Of a stretch of 64,000 nt of DNA, positions 12,030 through 22,426 are shown in pieces. Each line of letters opens with the position of its first letter. The stretch's first letter is position 1. The DNA comes from Octopus bimaculoides (lineage: Eukaryota). Where the stretch lies: the NCBI RefSeq assembly GCF_001194135.2, contig NC_068993.1:23753006-23817005 (forward strand), given 5' to 3'. The notes below the pieces were generated by a model. The model was not told the origin of the DNA, did no database searches, and saw only the letters and a program-made list of their open reading frames with translations. The translations under genes were made by a program, and so were the position numbers.

Positions 12030-13620
12030 GAGAAATAACCGGTTTCGTGTTGTCTTTTCAAATTTCACTACTTCATCGTAACATGTGTTCCCTCCCGTGT
12101 GGAAGGAAGAGTTCTAGATAGGGGGAGGTAATTAGGGATTTCTTCCGGTATAAGGGAGATAATCGAAATGTAGGAGGTGGTAGATTTTGATTAATTTACC
12201 ATGGTTTTGTTCTATATCTTTTTCCCCTCTCAGTGGGGTGATGAATTTCCTTATTAAATGTGTTAGCAATGATTAAGTTTGGGTTTGTATTTGTGAATGA
12301 AGAAGGTTTCTTTATTTAATCTAATTTGTGTTGGTGTTCTAATGGCACATTGATAGAATGGAAAGATTATAAATTGTGGTAGCATTTGTTTTGTACATTT
12401 CTCAATATGCTCACTAAATGGTATCATTCAGTATTCTGGGCATGCAATCTGCTGTCGATGCAGAGTGCATCTGCGTCTGAGCGATGATCCTGTGGACCCT
12501 ATGTAGTTTTCGTGGCAGCCCGAGCATCTTATTACATAAATAAGGTTTTCTGATGCACAAGTAAAGTCAGATTTAACTTTGAATTTTTGTCCCTCTTTGA
12601 AGAGGCACTCTGAACCTTCTAGAATGTTTGGGCATGTTGCGTAATTTGGGCAACCACATTTTTTTACTTTTGCATCTGTTATTTGGAAAATAATTTTGCC
12701 TTTGTGAGGATCTTTTTCAGTGATTTAGGTTTTTTGTACCTTTTAATGATTTTGTGTGTGTGTAAAATCTCCTTCAATTTGGGGTCCTTATGTAGCATTG
12801 GTATGTTTTGGGTGATGATGGTGAAGGCTTCTTTGTTTCTGGGGTTGTATGTGGATATGTACGGTAGTATTTTCGGGGAATGTGTGTTGCTGTGTTTAAC
12901 TTTTCTTAAGTTTTCTATGTTAATTTGTGATGCACGTCTGATTCCTTCCTCTATGAGTTGAACTGGGTAGTGTCTGTCAATTAGTGTGTTTTTGAGTTCT
13001 TGTAGTCTGTAGTATCTAGTATTTTCTTCTGACACTATTGTGCATATTCTTCTTGCAAGGTTGAAGGGGATGTTTGTCTTGGTGTGAATCNNNNNNNNNN
13101 NNNNNNNNNNNNNNNNNNNNNNNNNNNNNNNNNNNNNNNNNNNNNNNNNNNNNNNNNNNNNNNNNNNNNNNNNNNNNNNNNNNNNNNNNNNNNNNNNNNN
13201 NNNNNNATGAATTCAACCGATTTAGTAATGAATTCTTTACTGATCCTGTTTGGGATTTCTTTCGGGAATTGATCCAGCCAGAATTGAATTGCCTGAAGTC
13301 CATAATTATGAGGTATACTGGTGTATAAATTAATCACGTCAAATGAAACCATGATTGTTTCTTCCTTGACTTTCTTTGGGAGGTGATTTAACATATCCAA
13401 GTCATCTCTGATATAGCTATTGATGTGTTTAAGGAAGGGTTTTAGGAGGATGTCCATAAATAGACTTAGTCTGTGTGTTTCACAGGCTGGGCCAGCTATG
13501 ATGGGTCGCAGTTTTAGGTCCCCCGGGTTTGGTGTATGTATGTATGTCTTTGGTGATTTTTTAATATGGGGTAGAACCGCCTTTGGCAGTAATTACAGCT
13601 TAATTTCTATGAGGTATGGA
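12030..13620 (-). mobile_element. Penelope-like element: RT (split by an N gap), linker and GIY-YIG endonuclease, with 3' pLTR-like end
   Basis: LRPIIAGPACETHRLS.FMDILLKP and SFDVINLYTSIP (PLE RT motifs). After the gap: HTKTNIPFNLARRICTIVSEENTR, YKKPKSLKKILTKAK, and DFTCASENLIYVIRCSGCHENYIGSTG (GIY-YIG, about 12490-12560). A few frameshifts and stops. Confidence 0.92.
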
Positions 13621-13624
13621 CTCG

Positions 13625-14232
13625 TACAAAGTTCTTGGAGTCATGATGGTGGAGGATATCGAATCCTTACTTGTTTTTCTAAAGTGCACCATAAATGTTC
13701 AGTAATATTAAGATCTGGGGACTGTGGTAGCCAGATAAAAATGTTCAACTAGAATGTTCCTTGTGCCATTCAGGAGTCGATATCCTGAATGGCACAAGCT
13801 GTAGTTTTTTCAGCTGAGTTCCTGAACTCTCTACAACCATCAGGGTTGCTACCTAACCACTTAACACTTACAAAGGAGGTCCAATCATGCTGCTCAGGAT
13901 AATAGTGCACCAATTCGTACAGCTAAACTTTAGCTGTACGAATTAGTGCACTATCATCCTGAAAGATTGCATTTGCCACCGGAAACAGTTCTGCAAACAG
14001 GATGAATTCGATCAGATAAAATGTTTAGTGTTCATTATAAATCTGCCATGAAGGGATACGATTGGGCTGGCAGATTTCCACCCCCAGAACATTGCAGATC
14101 CTCCTCCATGTTTAACAGTTGGAAGAAGGCAGTCTGAGTCAAATGCTTCTTTTGTTTGTCTCCGCATGTATACTCGGCCGGTGGTCGGAAATAAGGCAAA
14201 GGATGACTCGTCCGAGAAAATAACATTTTTCC
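13625..14232 (-). mobile_element. Tc1 (DD34E) transposase fragment interrupted by a templated insertion
   Basis: VIFSDES at 14205-14224, PTVKHGGGS, FQDDSALIRTAK ending at 13929, then after the insertion PEWHKEHSS...IWLPQSPDLNITEHLW (13690-13735). Confidence 0.88.
13799..13893 (+). repeat. Local copy of about 95 bp of the Helitron helicase sequence at 14428-14523
   Basis: CTGTAGTTTT.TCAGCTGAGTTCCTGAACTCTCTACA.CCATCAGGGTTGCTAC.TAACC...CCAATCATGCTGCT is present at both positions with only a few mismatches. Confidence 0.9.
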
Positions 14233-14239
14233 ACTGTTC

Positions 14240-15248
14240 TAGAGACCAATTCTGTAGGTTTTTACTTCAATCTAAATGCTTGGTAACAATCAATGGCTCT
14301 GTGAGTGAGCCATCTTAGATCCACGTAATGATGCTATCCACAAAAGCAACTGGGATCCCTTGCAGCTGTTGCCCGGACAAGAACAGTCATTCAAATCCCT
14401 CGACACTGTCATTGATCAGGACCAGACTGTAGTTTTGTCAGCTGAGTTCCTGAACTCTCTACAGCCATCAGGGTTGCTACTTAACCGCTTCACACTTACA
14501 AAGAGAGCCCAATCATGCTGCTGAGGAATTTGGATCCTCCTCATCTGTACAATTGAACCAGACTGGTGGTGAAAGCCATGCGACCCCATGTCCTAGAGGC
14601 AACAATTATGAGTGGGAACTATAAGGGTGTCGATGTCTTCATTCATCGAATCCCGTTGATCCCATATGACCTCTTCTTTGAATTTAAACGGTTCCAGTTC
14701 TCAGTGAAAGTACGTTTCGCACTGTCAATAAGCAAGCCTCAAGGACAGACTCTCAAGGTTAATGGACTTCACCTTTGTTTCTCTCATGGGCGATTACATG
14801 TAGAATCTTCGCGAGTTGGAAGTCCCCAATATCATTTCGTTTATGCAACAATTAAAGGACACACTCAAATCACCGTATATTTAGAAGCTCTAAATAATTT
14901 AACTGTGATTGATTTTCGGATTTGTTTCAACACATATGTTTATACTCACGCCATCTGATAGATTTTTTGTTAAATGTACTTATTAACAGGAGGGGAGCGC
15001 CCGCAGGCTGTTCTTCTCAAGTTTATGTATTTTCAGGTTTAACGTGTTTCAAATACTGACAATTGAAAGTGATTGCAGACAAAGAACAACCTAGTTTTTA
15101 ACAATTTTAACAGTGAGAATATCGGATAAAGCATGTTATTGGCATTAATAGTTTGTGCCTCAACTAATTAGTGTTGAGAACTGCATAATCCATGTAAGTT
15201 TCATTATTTTCAATAACCAGCGAAACATAAAGTTGGTATCTCAGCTAG
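14240..15248 (+). mobile_element. Helitron 3' portion (PIF1-type helicase C-terminus, subterminal hairpin, CTAG)
   Basis: EFLNSLQPSG...PIMLLRNLDPPHL..TRL; ORF 14566-14958 RIPLIPYDLFFEFKRFQFSVKVRFALSISKPQGQTL...CFSHGRLHVESSRVG. Hairpin ACCAGC/GTTGGT at 15216-15237 is followed by CTAG at 15245-15248 and then T. Confidence 0.88.
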
Positions 15249-15344
15249 TCTATGTTTAGAGATCTAAAAGACATTTTAAAATATCATTATTTTCTTTAAC
15301 CTGGGCAACGCTGGGTATTTCTACCATTATATAAATAAAATCAT

Positions 15345-15575
15345 TAAAAGAATCAATTTATTAGACGGAGACCAATATATGTTATCAAATAAATGGAACA
15401 GGATATGATGCTAATATACATTATTTATTTAATTTAACCAGACATCTCTGTCGCAAAAGATCGTATTTCGGGTATACAATTGAAGAATAGGTATTTCAAC
15501 ACAACTAATACACTTCATTATATTATGTCATTTGGAACTCATCAGTGAATAATAATTAAATATCTAAATATTTAA
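15345..15575 (-). repeat. Unnamed AT-rich interspersed repeat (possibly Penelope pLTR-related)
   Basis: Shares long strings with 23590-24020 (TTTGGAACTCATCAGT, ATTTCGGGTATACAATTGAAGAA, AATTTAACCAGACA, GGAACAGG..TGATGC.AATAT). The PLE link is an inference from the CTGATGAG...CGAAATA order on the minus strand. Confidence 0.55.
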
Positions 15576-18088
15576 AATTAGTGCTTTCACTTTTCTTCTT
15601 TATGATCATGTTATATTAATTTAATTTTCTAAGTCATTGATATTTTATTCTATTCTTTTCACTCACCGAAACAAATTCAGAACTGAAGCTTGCAAACGTA
15701 ACTTTGTTAATATTCAGTTCCTTTCGTTCGTATGATTATCTACTCAATACTCCCTCCTTGTATTTCTAAGTAAACATCGCCCTCGATTCTCCCTTATTTG
15801 CTGGTCAAAAAAAGCACCAATATGTGCATTTTGAAATAGCATATAAGGGGTTATATATTTTTAAAAAATCAATATCCTATTTAACATTTTAATAACTGCC
15901 ATCTATCATATCACATATACATTTGGAAACCCATGGTTAGTTAGAATCAACAATAAAAGATCAATCAATAGTTTTTCCTGTTCTTTACATGTAATAAATT
16001 CAATTAATTCGTAATACAATTATTTAATTACATTAATTATCTTTAAATCAATAGCTTGAAATATTTTTGTAACTATATCGTCCATTTAGTCGTTGTATTT
16101 ACGTAAATATATATTTTTTATTCTATGATTCTAAGCTCACTTTTCGGATAAGTTAATTCCTTTCGTATCTGACATGAGCCTAATATACCTATTTACCTTG
16201 TCGTTATTATATACACTTCAATAAAATGTATTTCATCATTTTTTTATTAATTATATTAATGCCCCAGTACTATCAGTATGGATTATTTTTTTTAAATAAT
16301 GTTTTAAACCAATATATTAATCATGTCTCTTAAATTATTACTTTTGAATAATAGGGGAGATAACATTTCCTACTTATATTCGAATACAATACATTGTTAA
16401 TTTCAGTTATCATTTGTTTATCTCCGCCACGAAGAGGAAATAATAGGGGATTGTTATAGTAAAATGATTTAACAACTAATTATCATGTTATTATAGTTCA
16501 AAATATTACGCTTTTAAATCTAAATAAAGTTACTAGTTTTATCATTATATACATATGTAAATATACACACACACACATATTTTTTTTAAACATACATATA
16601 TATATATATATATATATTCATATATATATATATTCATATATATATATATATTATGTATTCTCATACATACATATTTATTCATATACAGATCCATACATAC
16701 TTATTCATATATAGGTACATATGTGCCTATTGACCAGGATTAAATTTTTAATATATAAACATACTAGTATATGCAGTGATATATTCCATCTCACACTCGG
16801 TAATTCGTATACATCATATTGCACCAGTAATACGCACCTATACGTATCAAATACACATATATATATATAAGAAATAAATGTATATCATCAACGTAATGTA
16901 AATTTGTATGCCACATAGCCCAAAAATTATAATATAGTAGAGTGGATTTCTTTTTCAATTACATTTATCAATATTAATTATTATGATCCTATACGATGGG
17001 TTATTTCTTCATTCTTCAATTTTATCTCTATACATTTGCATATATTATTTGCCCCAGAAATATTAATATTCATATACTTATAATATACTGAAATCATATA
17101 GATATTTTCTGTTATACTTTATACTTTCTACATAAAAGCACATTTTATGCTTATTATATATACCCATATTCACACTTATTCACATACACAGAAAATATAC
17201 ATATATAACCAATATGTTCACATACACACACGCATACAAACAAATCCACATATATACACATAGGTGTATATACCTGCATGCATATTATGTATATTGACAT
17301 GCCCATACATACACATATACACATACCCTCTCATATTCAATATATTCATATATATATATATATATATANNNNNNNNNNNNNNNNNNNNNNNNNNNNNNNN
17401 NNNNNNNNNNNNNNNNNNNNNNNNNNNNNNNNNNNNNNNNNNNNNNNNNNNNNNNNNNNNNNNNNNNNNNNNNNNNNNNNNNNNNNNNNNNNNNNNNNNN
17501 NNNNNNNNNNNNNNNNNNNNNNNNNNNNNNNNNNNNNNNNNNNNNNNNNNNNNNNNNNNNNNNNNNNNNNNNNNNNNNNNNNNNNNNNNNNNNNNNNNNN
17601 NNNNNNNNNNNNNNNNNNNNNNNNNNNNNNNNNNNNNNNNNNNNNNNNNNNNNNNNNNNNNNNNNNNNNNNNNNNNNNNNNNNNNNNNNNNNNNNNNNNN
17701 NNNNNNNNNNNNNNNNNNNNNNNNNNNNNNNNNNNNNNNNNNNNNNNNNNNNNNNNNNNNNNNNNNNNNNNNNNNNNNNNNNNNNNNNNNNNNNNNNNNN
17801 NNNNNNNNNNNNNNNNNNNNNNNNNNNNNNNNNNNNNNNNNNNNNNNNNNNNNNNNNNNNNNNNNNNNNNNNNNNNNNNNNNNNNNNNNNNNNNNNNNNN
17901 NNNNNNNNNNNNNNNNNNNNNNNNNNNNNNNNNNNNNNNNNNNNNNNNNNNNNNNNNNNNNNNNNNNNNNNNNNNNNNNNNNNNNNNNNNNNNNNNNNNN
18001 NNNNNNNNNNNNNNNNNNNNNNNNNNNNNNNNNNNNNNNNNNNNNNNNNNNNNNNNNNNNNNNNNNNNNNNNNNNNNNNNNNNNNNNN

Positions 18089-18310
18089 CGTCGCTCTGAC
18101 CGCATCTCGGGCAGGTCGGTCGGGTGGTTTTCGAACCGTGTCTGTAGATCTTCTCTCGAACTGGTAGTGCGTCTCGATAGCATTGTCAAGCCAGGGATCT
18201 CTGGAAATTATCCATAGGCCCCGGCCCGAACGTCGTCTTGAAAAGGCGGGTTAAGAATTTCTCGTCGACACCCAGGTTTGCCCCGAGAGTGTCGTCAGAC
18301 CTCCCCTCCA
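18089..18310 (-). mobile_element. L1/Tx1-clade LINE ORF2 C-terminal (zf-RVT) fragment
   Basis: Reverse complement translates ...FQRSLA*QCYRDALPVREKIYRHGSKTTRPTCPRCGQSD, matching W....ALP.RE.L.RHG....CPRCG. GC- and CpG-rich relative to the window; runs into a gap. Confidence 0.75.
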
Positions 18311-18311
18311 C

Positions 18312-18383
<72 letters not shown>

Positions 18384-18384
18384 C

Positions 18385-18446
<62 letters not shown>
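18312..18446. repeat. (GATA)n microsatellite
   Basis: Direct reading. Confidence 0.98.
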
Positions 18447-18774
18447 TTAGAATCAGTTTTAGTTGAGTATAATTTCTATTACATTTTTCTGACTATATAA
18501 CCTCAAAAATATTCTTGTTACTTAATATACTTCTATTATAATGCCTAATTTCAGCTATTTATTTAATATATTCATATATAGCTATAGTTTTAAAATTGGA
18601 TTTTAATTTTTAACTGACATCAAATCCCATAGTTTTACTTCACTTAAGTTTAATAAAGAGATATTTGTTTATGTTTTTACATGAGTTTATTTTTCATTTC
18701 CCATGTTAATAAGGTTTCCTTTTCTTTTCATTATTTTATAGCTCTCTTCTAAGCGTAATCTACAGAATCTAAGG

Positions 18775-19035
18775 ACATAAGGACACAGGAAATGTGCTTA
18801 AGTCTCTCTGTGAGATTTAGAAATGGATCATTTCTAATTTTTTTAATCAATGAATGTGTTTCACTGGAAATATATACGTTTACAAGAGCTTGACAAGCAT
18901 CTTCAGCCAGCTAGATATGCTACTTCAGGCTGATGACGAGGAAAAACTCAGAAATATGTCCCTGAATGCAGGCTAGGCTGGGTGGATGTGCTTGCCTCCC
19001 CCTTGTAAACATAAGGACACAGGAAATGTGTTAAG
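18775..19035 (+). repeat. 234-bp unit bounded by a 22-bp direct repeat and carrying a hammerhead motif (retrozyme or PLE-LTR-like)
   Basis: ACATAAGGACACAGGAAATGTG occurs at 18775-18796 and 19009-19030, each followed by (C)TTAAG. Confidence 0.75.
18894..18994 (+). ncRNA. Candidate type I hammerhead ribozyme with extended stem I
   Basis: Stem I TTCAGG (18924-29) pairs with CCTGAA (18961-66). Core CTGATGA at 18930-36; stem II GAG-GAAAAA-CTC; GAAA at 18951-54; minimal stem III ATATGT; GTC cleavage triplet ending at 18960. Stem I extends via TGC/GCA, CTAG/CTAG, CCAG/CTGG and CAAGCA/TGCTTG. One deviation: a C-A mismatch at the base of stem II. Confidence 0.68.
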
Positions 19036-19160
19036 GCCGACAAGAAGCGGTCCAACTTCCTAGGGCTAAATAGCAGTAGTATGGTTCCCTTATTGGGACT
19101 TTCACGTTAATGTCCTAGGCATATCAAATTGCCTTGCCTTGTTATCTTATCTTATTTAAC

Positions 19161-19194
<34 letters not shown>

Positions 19195-19203
19195 ACATAT
19201 ATA

Positions 19204-19242
<39 letters not shown>

Positions 19243-19876
19243 ACAAATGGGGACCGTAGTGCTGTTGGCAAATGTAAGTAGGAAAGCAGGTCCACATATG
19301 TATAATTTTGATAGTTAACATAAAAGAGACATAATAATCTTGCAAGTCTTCACAGTGTCGGAATTAATGTAAAAAAATTCCGAAAATATATCTAAACAAT
19401 TATTTACATTCATACTTAGTTTATAACATTATTTTCAATTCTTGTCTCTCTCACACCTTCGTTTTTTTTCATCATTTTTGCTTAGATATCGAAACAAATG
19501 CAAATTTTTCATACCTCCCACTAGCAACGCTCTTATCACCTTTACTTTATTCTCAATCCTCTTCCCCATGATATTTAGTATAAACCAGCTGGGAGTAAGC
19601 AGCACTTCCTAGTATATCCAAGAATGAGGAAACTGTTATTTCATAACTTTTGGCGGTAACATTTCATAACTTTTGGCGGTGACATTTCAAAATTTGCCTG
19701 ACAGCACTGATTCAGCCTTGCTAGAGTTATAAAAAGTAATAGTAATGTGATTTAAATATAATTATGGAAATGCGTACAGAAAGGTTTATCAAAGGCACAA
19801 TTTCTCTAACTTGATGTAGATCAGCCACCTTCAGTATTATTTTTTTTATTCTTCTTTAAATAATAATCTTTATATG

Positions 19877-20092
19877 CAAGGTCGTAGTCACGGGTGTGTG
19901 GTAATAATTTTGCATCCCAGTTACTTGGTTTCGGGTTGTGTCACTGCGCCGCTTTATGGCAAGTGCCTTCTGCTATAACCTAGTGCCGACTAGAGCCATG
20001 ACAAAGGTTTTGGTAGACAGAAGCTGAAAGAAACATATCAGTGTTATGTGTGTGCGTGTGTGTGTGCGTGTGTGTGTGCGTGTGTGTGTGCG

Positions 20093-20125
<33 letters not shown>

Positions 20126-20322
20126 ACGTGTTTGAAATGTACCACTTCTTGTCAACAGGTGTTGATTTTACGTCTCCATAAATTAGTGGTCAGAAAAAAA
20201 TACACAGATGCAATAATGCCAGGTTTAGAAATAGGCACGGGGTCGGTTTGATCCACTAAACCCTTCACGCAAGGACCGAGGCATGGCTGTATTTCAATGA
20301 CTGAAAGATGTAAATGATAATA
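19877..20322 (+). mobile_element. SINE family B, full length with internal (TG)n tract
   Basis: Head GGTGTGTGGTAA...GGCAAGTGCCTTCTGCTATAACC, microsatellite at 20047-20125, and 3' GCATGGCTGTATTTCAATGACTGAAAGATGTAAATGATAA. Confidence 0.7.
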
Positions 20323-20724
20323 GGTAAAAGTGTATATAGCAGAAATGTCACTGCCTGACAGAGTAACGTGCATAATTTTTTAATTACCCTTTAAGTTCTA
20401 AGTGAAAATATCGTCTTCATATGCTCACTGTCTTTGTCTGTACAATTCATACGTTGTCTTTCCAATATTAGAAGTAATTATTTCTGTTCAATTTTCACAC
20501 ATATTTTATTTCTGTTTTGAAACTGACTTTATATTTGTGTACTTGGTTTTAATTTCTTAATACATGTTCTACTTCACTAAGATTTAATTACCTCGTTATT
20601 AGTAGAACTGTTAACCAAACAATAGGAAGGTTATTAAGTATTTCAAATTATTAATCTATTTTGAGTTAATAACTAACAAAGTAGAAGTAATGAATATCAT
20701 GTGACTTTAATAGGTGTTTTGCAC

Positions 20725-21590
20725 AAGGTTGTATTAAAATGCACCCGGACTACTTTTGTAGCGCGCCAACAGATGACACCACAACAGATGATTGCGTGCA
20801 CAATGAGAGCTAGTGATCTTCCCAAGACTGTGCCGAGTGACATCGCTGTGCTTACTTCGCAAATTGTTAAATTTGTGTTTTTGTGATTATATCTATGCTG
20901 TAGTCGGCGATTTTATCATGAACAGGAACAAACAGACAACGTAAAATTTTGCGTGAAACAAGGGAAGTCTGATATAAACACATTGAGAATGCTTTGGCAA
21001 GTTTACTGCGACGAGGTAATGGGTCATATGCAAGGTTTCGAGTGGCGCGGGCGCTTCAGAAGCGGAAGAATGTCCCTGGAAGATGCAGAGTTATCTGGAA
21101 GAACTACCACGAACGTCATGTATTGTGCACCAAGAACTCGTCCCTCAGAGCCAGGTCGTCACTTGAGAGTTCTACTGCGACACTTTGAAGCGTTTGGTGG
21201 AGGACATTCGGAGAAAGTGCCTGGGGCTTAGGAGCGCGAAGAATAGGATTCTTCACGACGACATTGAACCCTGTCACCGAGCTCTCCTCACACGCAAGTT
21301 TCTCGCCAAAACAACATGGTGTCTCTTCCGCACCCGCCCTATTCGTCAGATTTTGCACCAGGGGACTTCCATCTTTTCCCCAAGATCAAAATACAGTTCA
21401 AAGGTCACCGATTTAACAACGTTGTCGAGATCTAGAGTGAATCGCAGACGGTCCCGGAATGCTTACGGAAAACGGCATCCAGGGCGGTTTCCAAAGGTGA
21501 CCGGGACGCTGGGACCGGTGTATTGCTGAACAAGGTGATTAATTCGAAGGAGATGATATAAAAACGTAGGTAAATAGGTTTTTTGGTTTT
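20725..21590 (+). mobile_element. Internally deleted mariner element
   Basis: NVKFCVKQGKS..NTLRML.QVY.DE...FEWRGRFRSGRMSLEDAELSGR (HTH) joins directly to EFYCDTLKRLVEDIRRK...ILHDDIEPCH...LPHPPYSSDFAPGDFHLFPKIK...RWDRCIAEQGD. The first catalytic D region is deleted. Confidence 0.88.
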
Positions 21591-21625
21591 GCATTAAACA
21601 TGATAAGAATTAGAACCTTTTGATA

Positions 21626-21700
21626 CCACTCCTATCATTGATTTATTCATATACATATATGAACGAAACGCCTGTGTTAGAATGGTGGCAGCTGATGAAG
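21626..21700 (+). ncRNA. Decayed type I hammerhead-like motif
   Basis: CTATCA/TGTTAG stem I, TTGATTTA in place of CTGATGAG, a perfect TTCATAT/ATATGAA stem II, and CGAAAC GCCTG in place of CGAAAC GCGTC. Core mutated, so probably inactive. Confidence 0.35.
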
Positions 21701-21741
21701 GAAAATGTTCTCTATGTGGCCTGTGTGTTTTCTGTACTCTG

Positions 21742-21742
<1 letters not shown>

Positions 21743-21792
<50 letters not shown>

Positions 21793-21819
21793 GTTATTAT
21801 TATTATTATTATTATTATT
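21743..21819. repeat. (ATT)n microsatellite
   Basis: Direct reading. Confidence 0.97.
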
Positions 21820-22319
21820 TTGTCTACGTTTTGTTTGCAAAGTCCTGTACCGAGATATGCACCTATATATACAGGTAGATGTAGGTATACACATACTTGT
21901 ACGTATATATGCATATACTCATTTATTATTTGTTATATATATATATATATATATNNNNNNNNNNNNNNNNNNNNNNNNNNNNNNNNNNNNNNNNNNNNNN
22001 NNNNNNNNNNNNNNNNNNNNNNNNNNNNNNNNNNNNNNNNNNNNNNNNNNNNNNNNNNNNNNNNNNNNNNNNNNNNNNNNNNNNNNNNNNNNNNNNNNNN
22101 NNNNNNNNNNNNNNNNNNNNNNNNNNNNNNNNNNNNNNNNNNNNNNNNNNNNNNNNNNNNNNNNNNNNNNNNNNNNNNNNNNNNNNNNNNNNNNNNNNNN
22201 NNNNNNNNNNNNNNNNNNNNNNNNNNNNNNNNNNNNNNNNNNNNNNNNNNNNNNNNNNNNNNNNNNNNNNNNNNNNNNNNNNNNNNNNNNNNNNNNNNNN
22301 NNNNNNNNNNNNNNNNNNN

Positions 22320-22383
22320 AGAAGAAGAAGAAGAAGAAGAAGAAGAAGAAGAAGAAGAAGAAGAAGAAGAAGAAGAAGAAGAA

Positions 22384-22414
<31 letters not shown>

Positions 22415-22426
22415 AAGAAGAAGAAG
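22320..22426. repeat. (GAA)n microsatellite flanking a gap
   Basis: Direct reading. Confidence 0.97.

Noticed and set aside
15295-15330. Second Helitron-like end CCTGGGCAACGCTGGGTATTTCT
   Set aside because: Lacks the terminal CTRR, so it is at most a degenerate remnant.
17218-18217. Long track ORFs of 270-350 aa here and at 21.6-22.5, 27.0-28.0, 31.1-32.0 and 43.2-43.9 kb
   Set aside because: They stay open only because they cross N gaps and microsatellites (poly-X, YI, CV, HT, poly-K/E/R).
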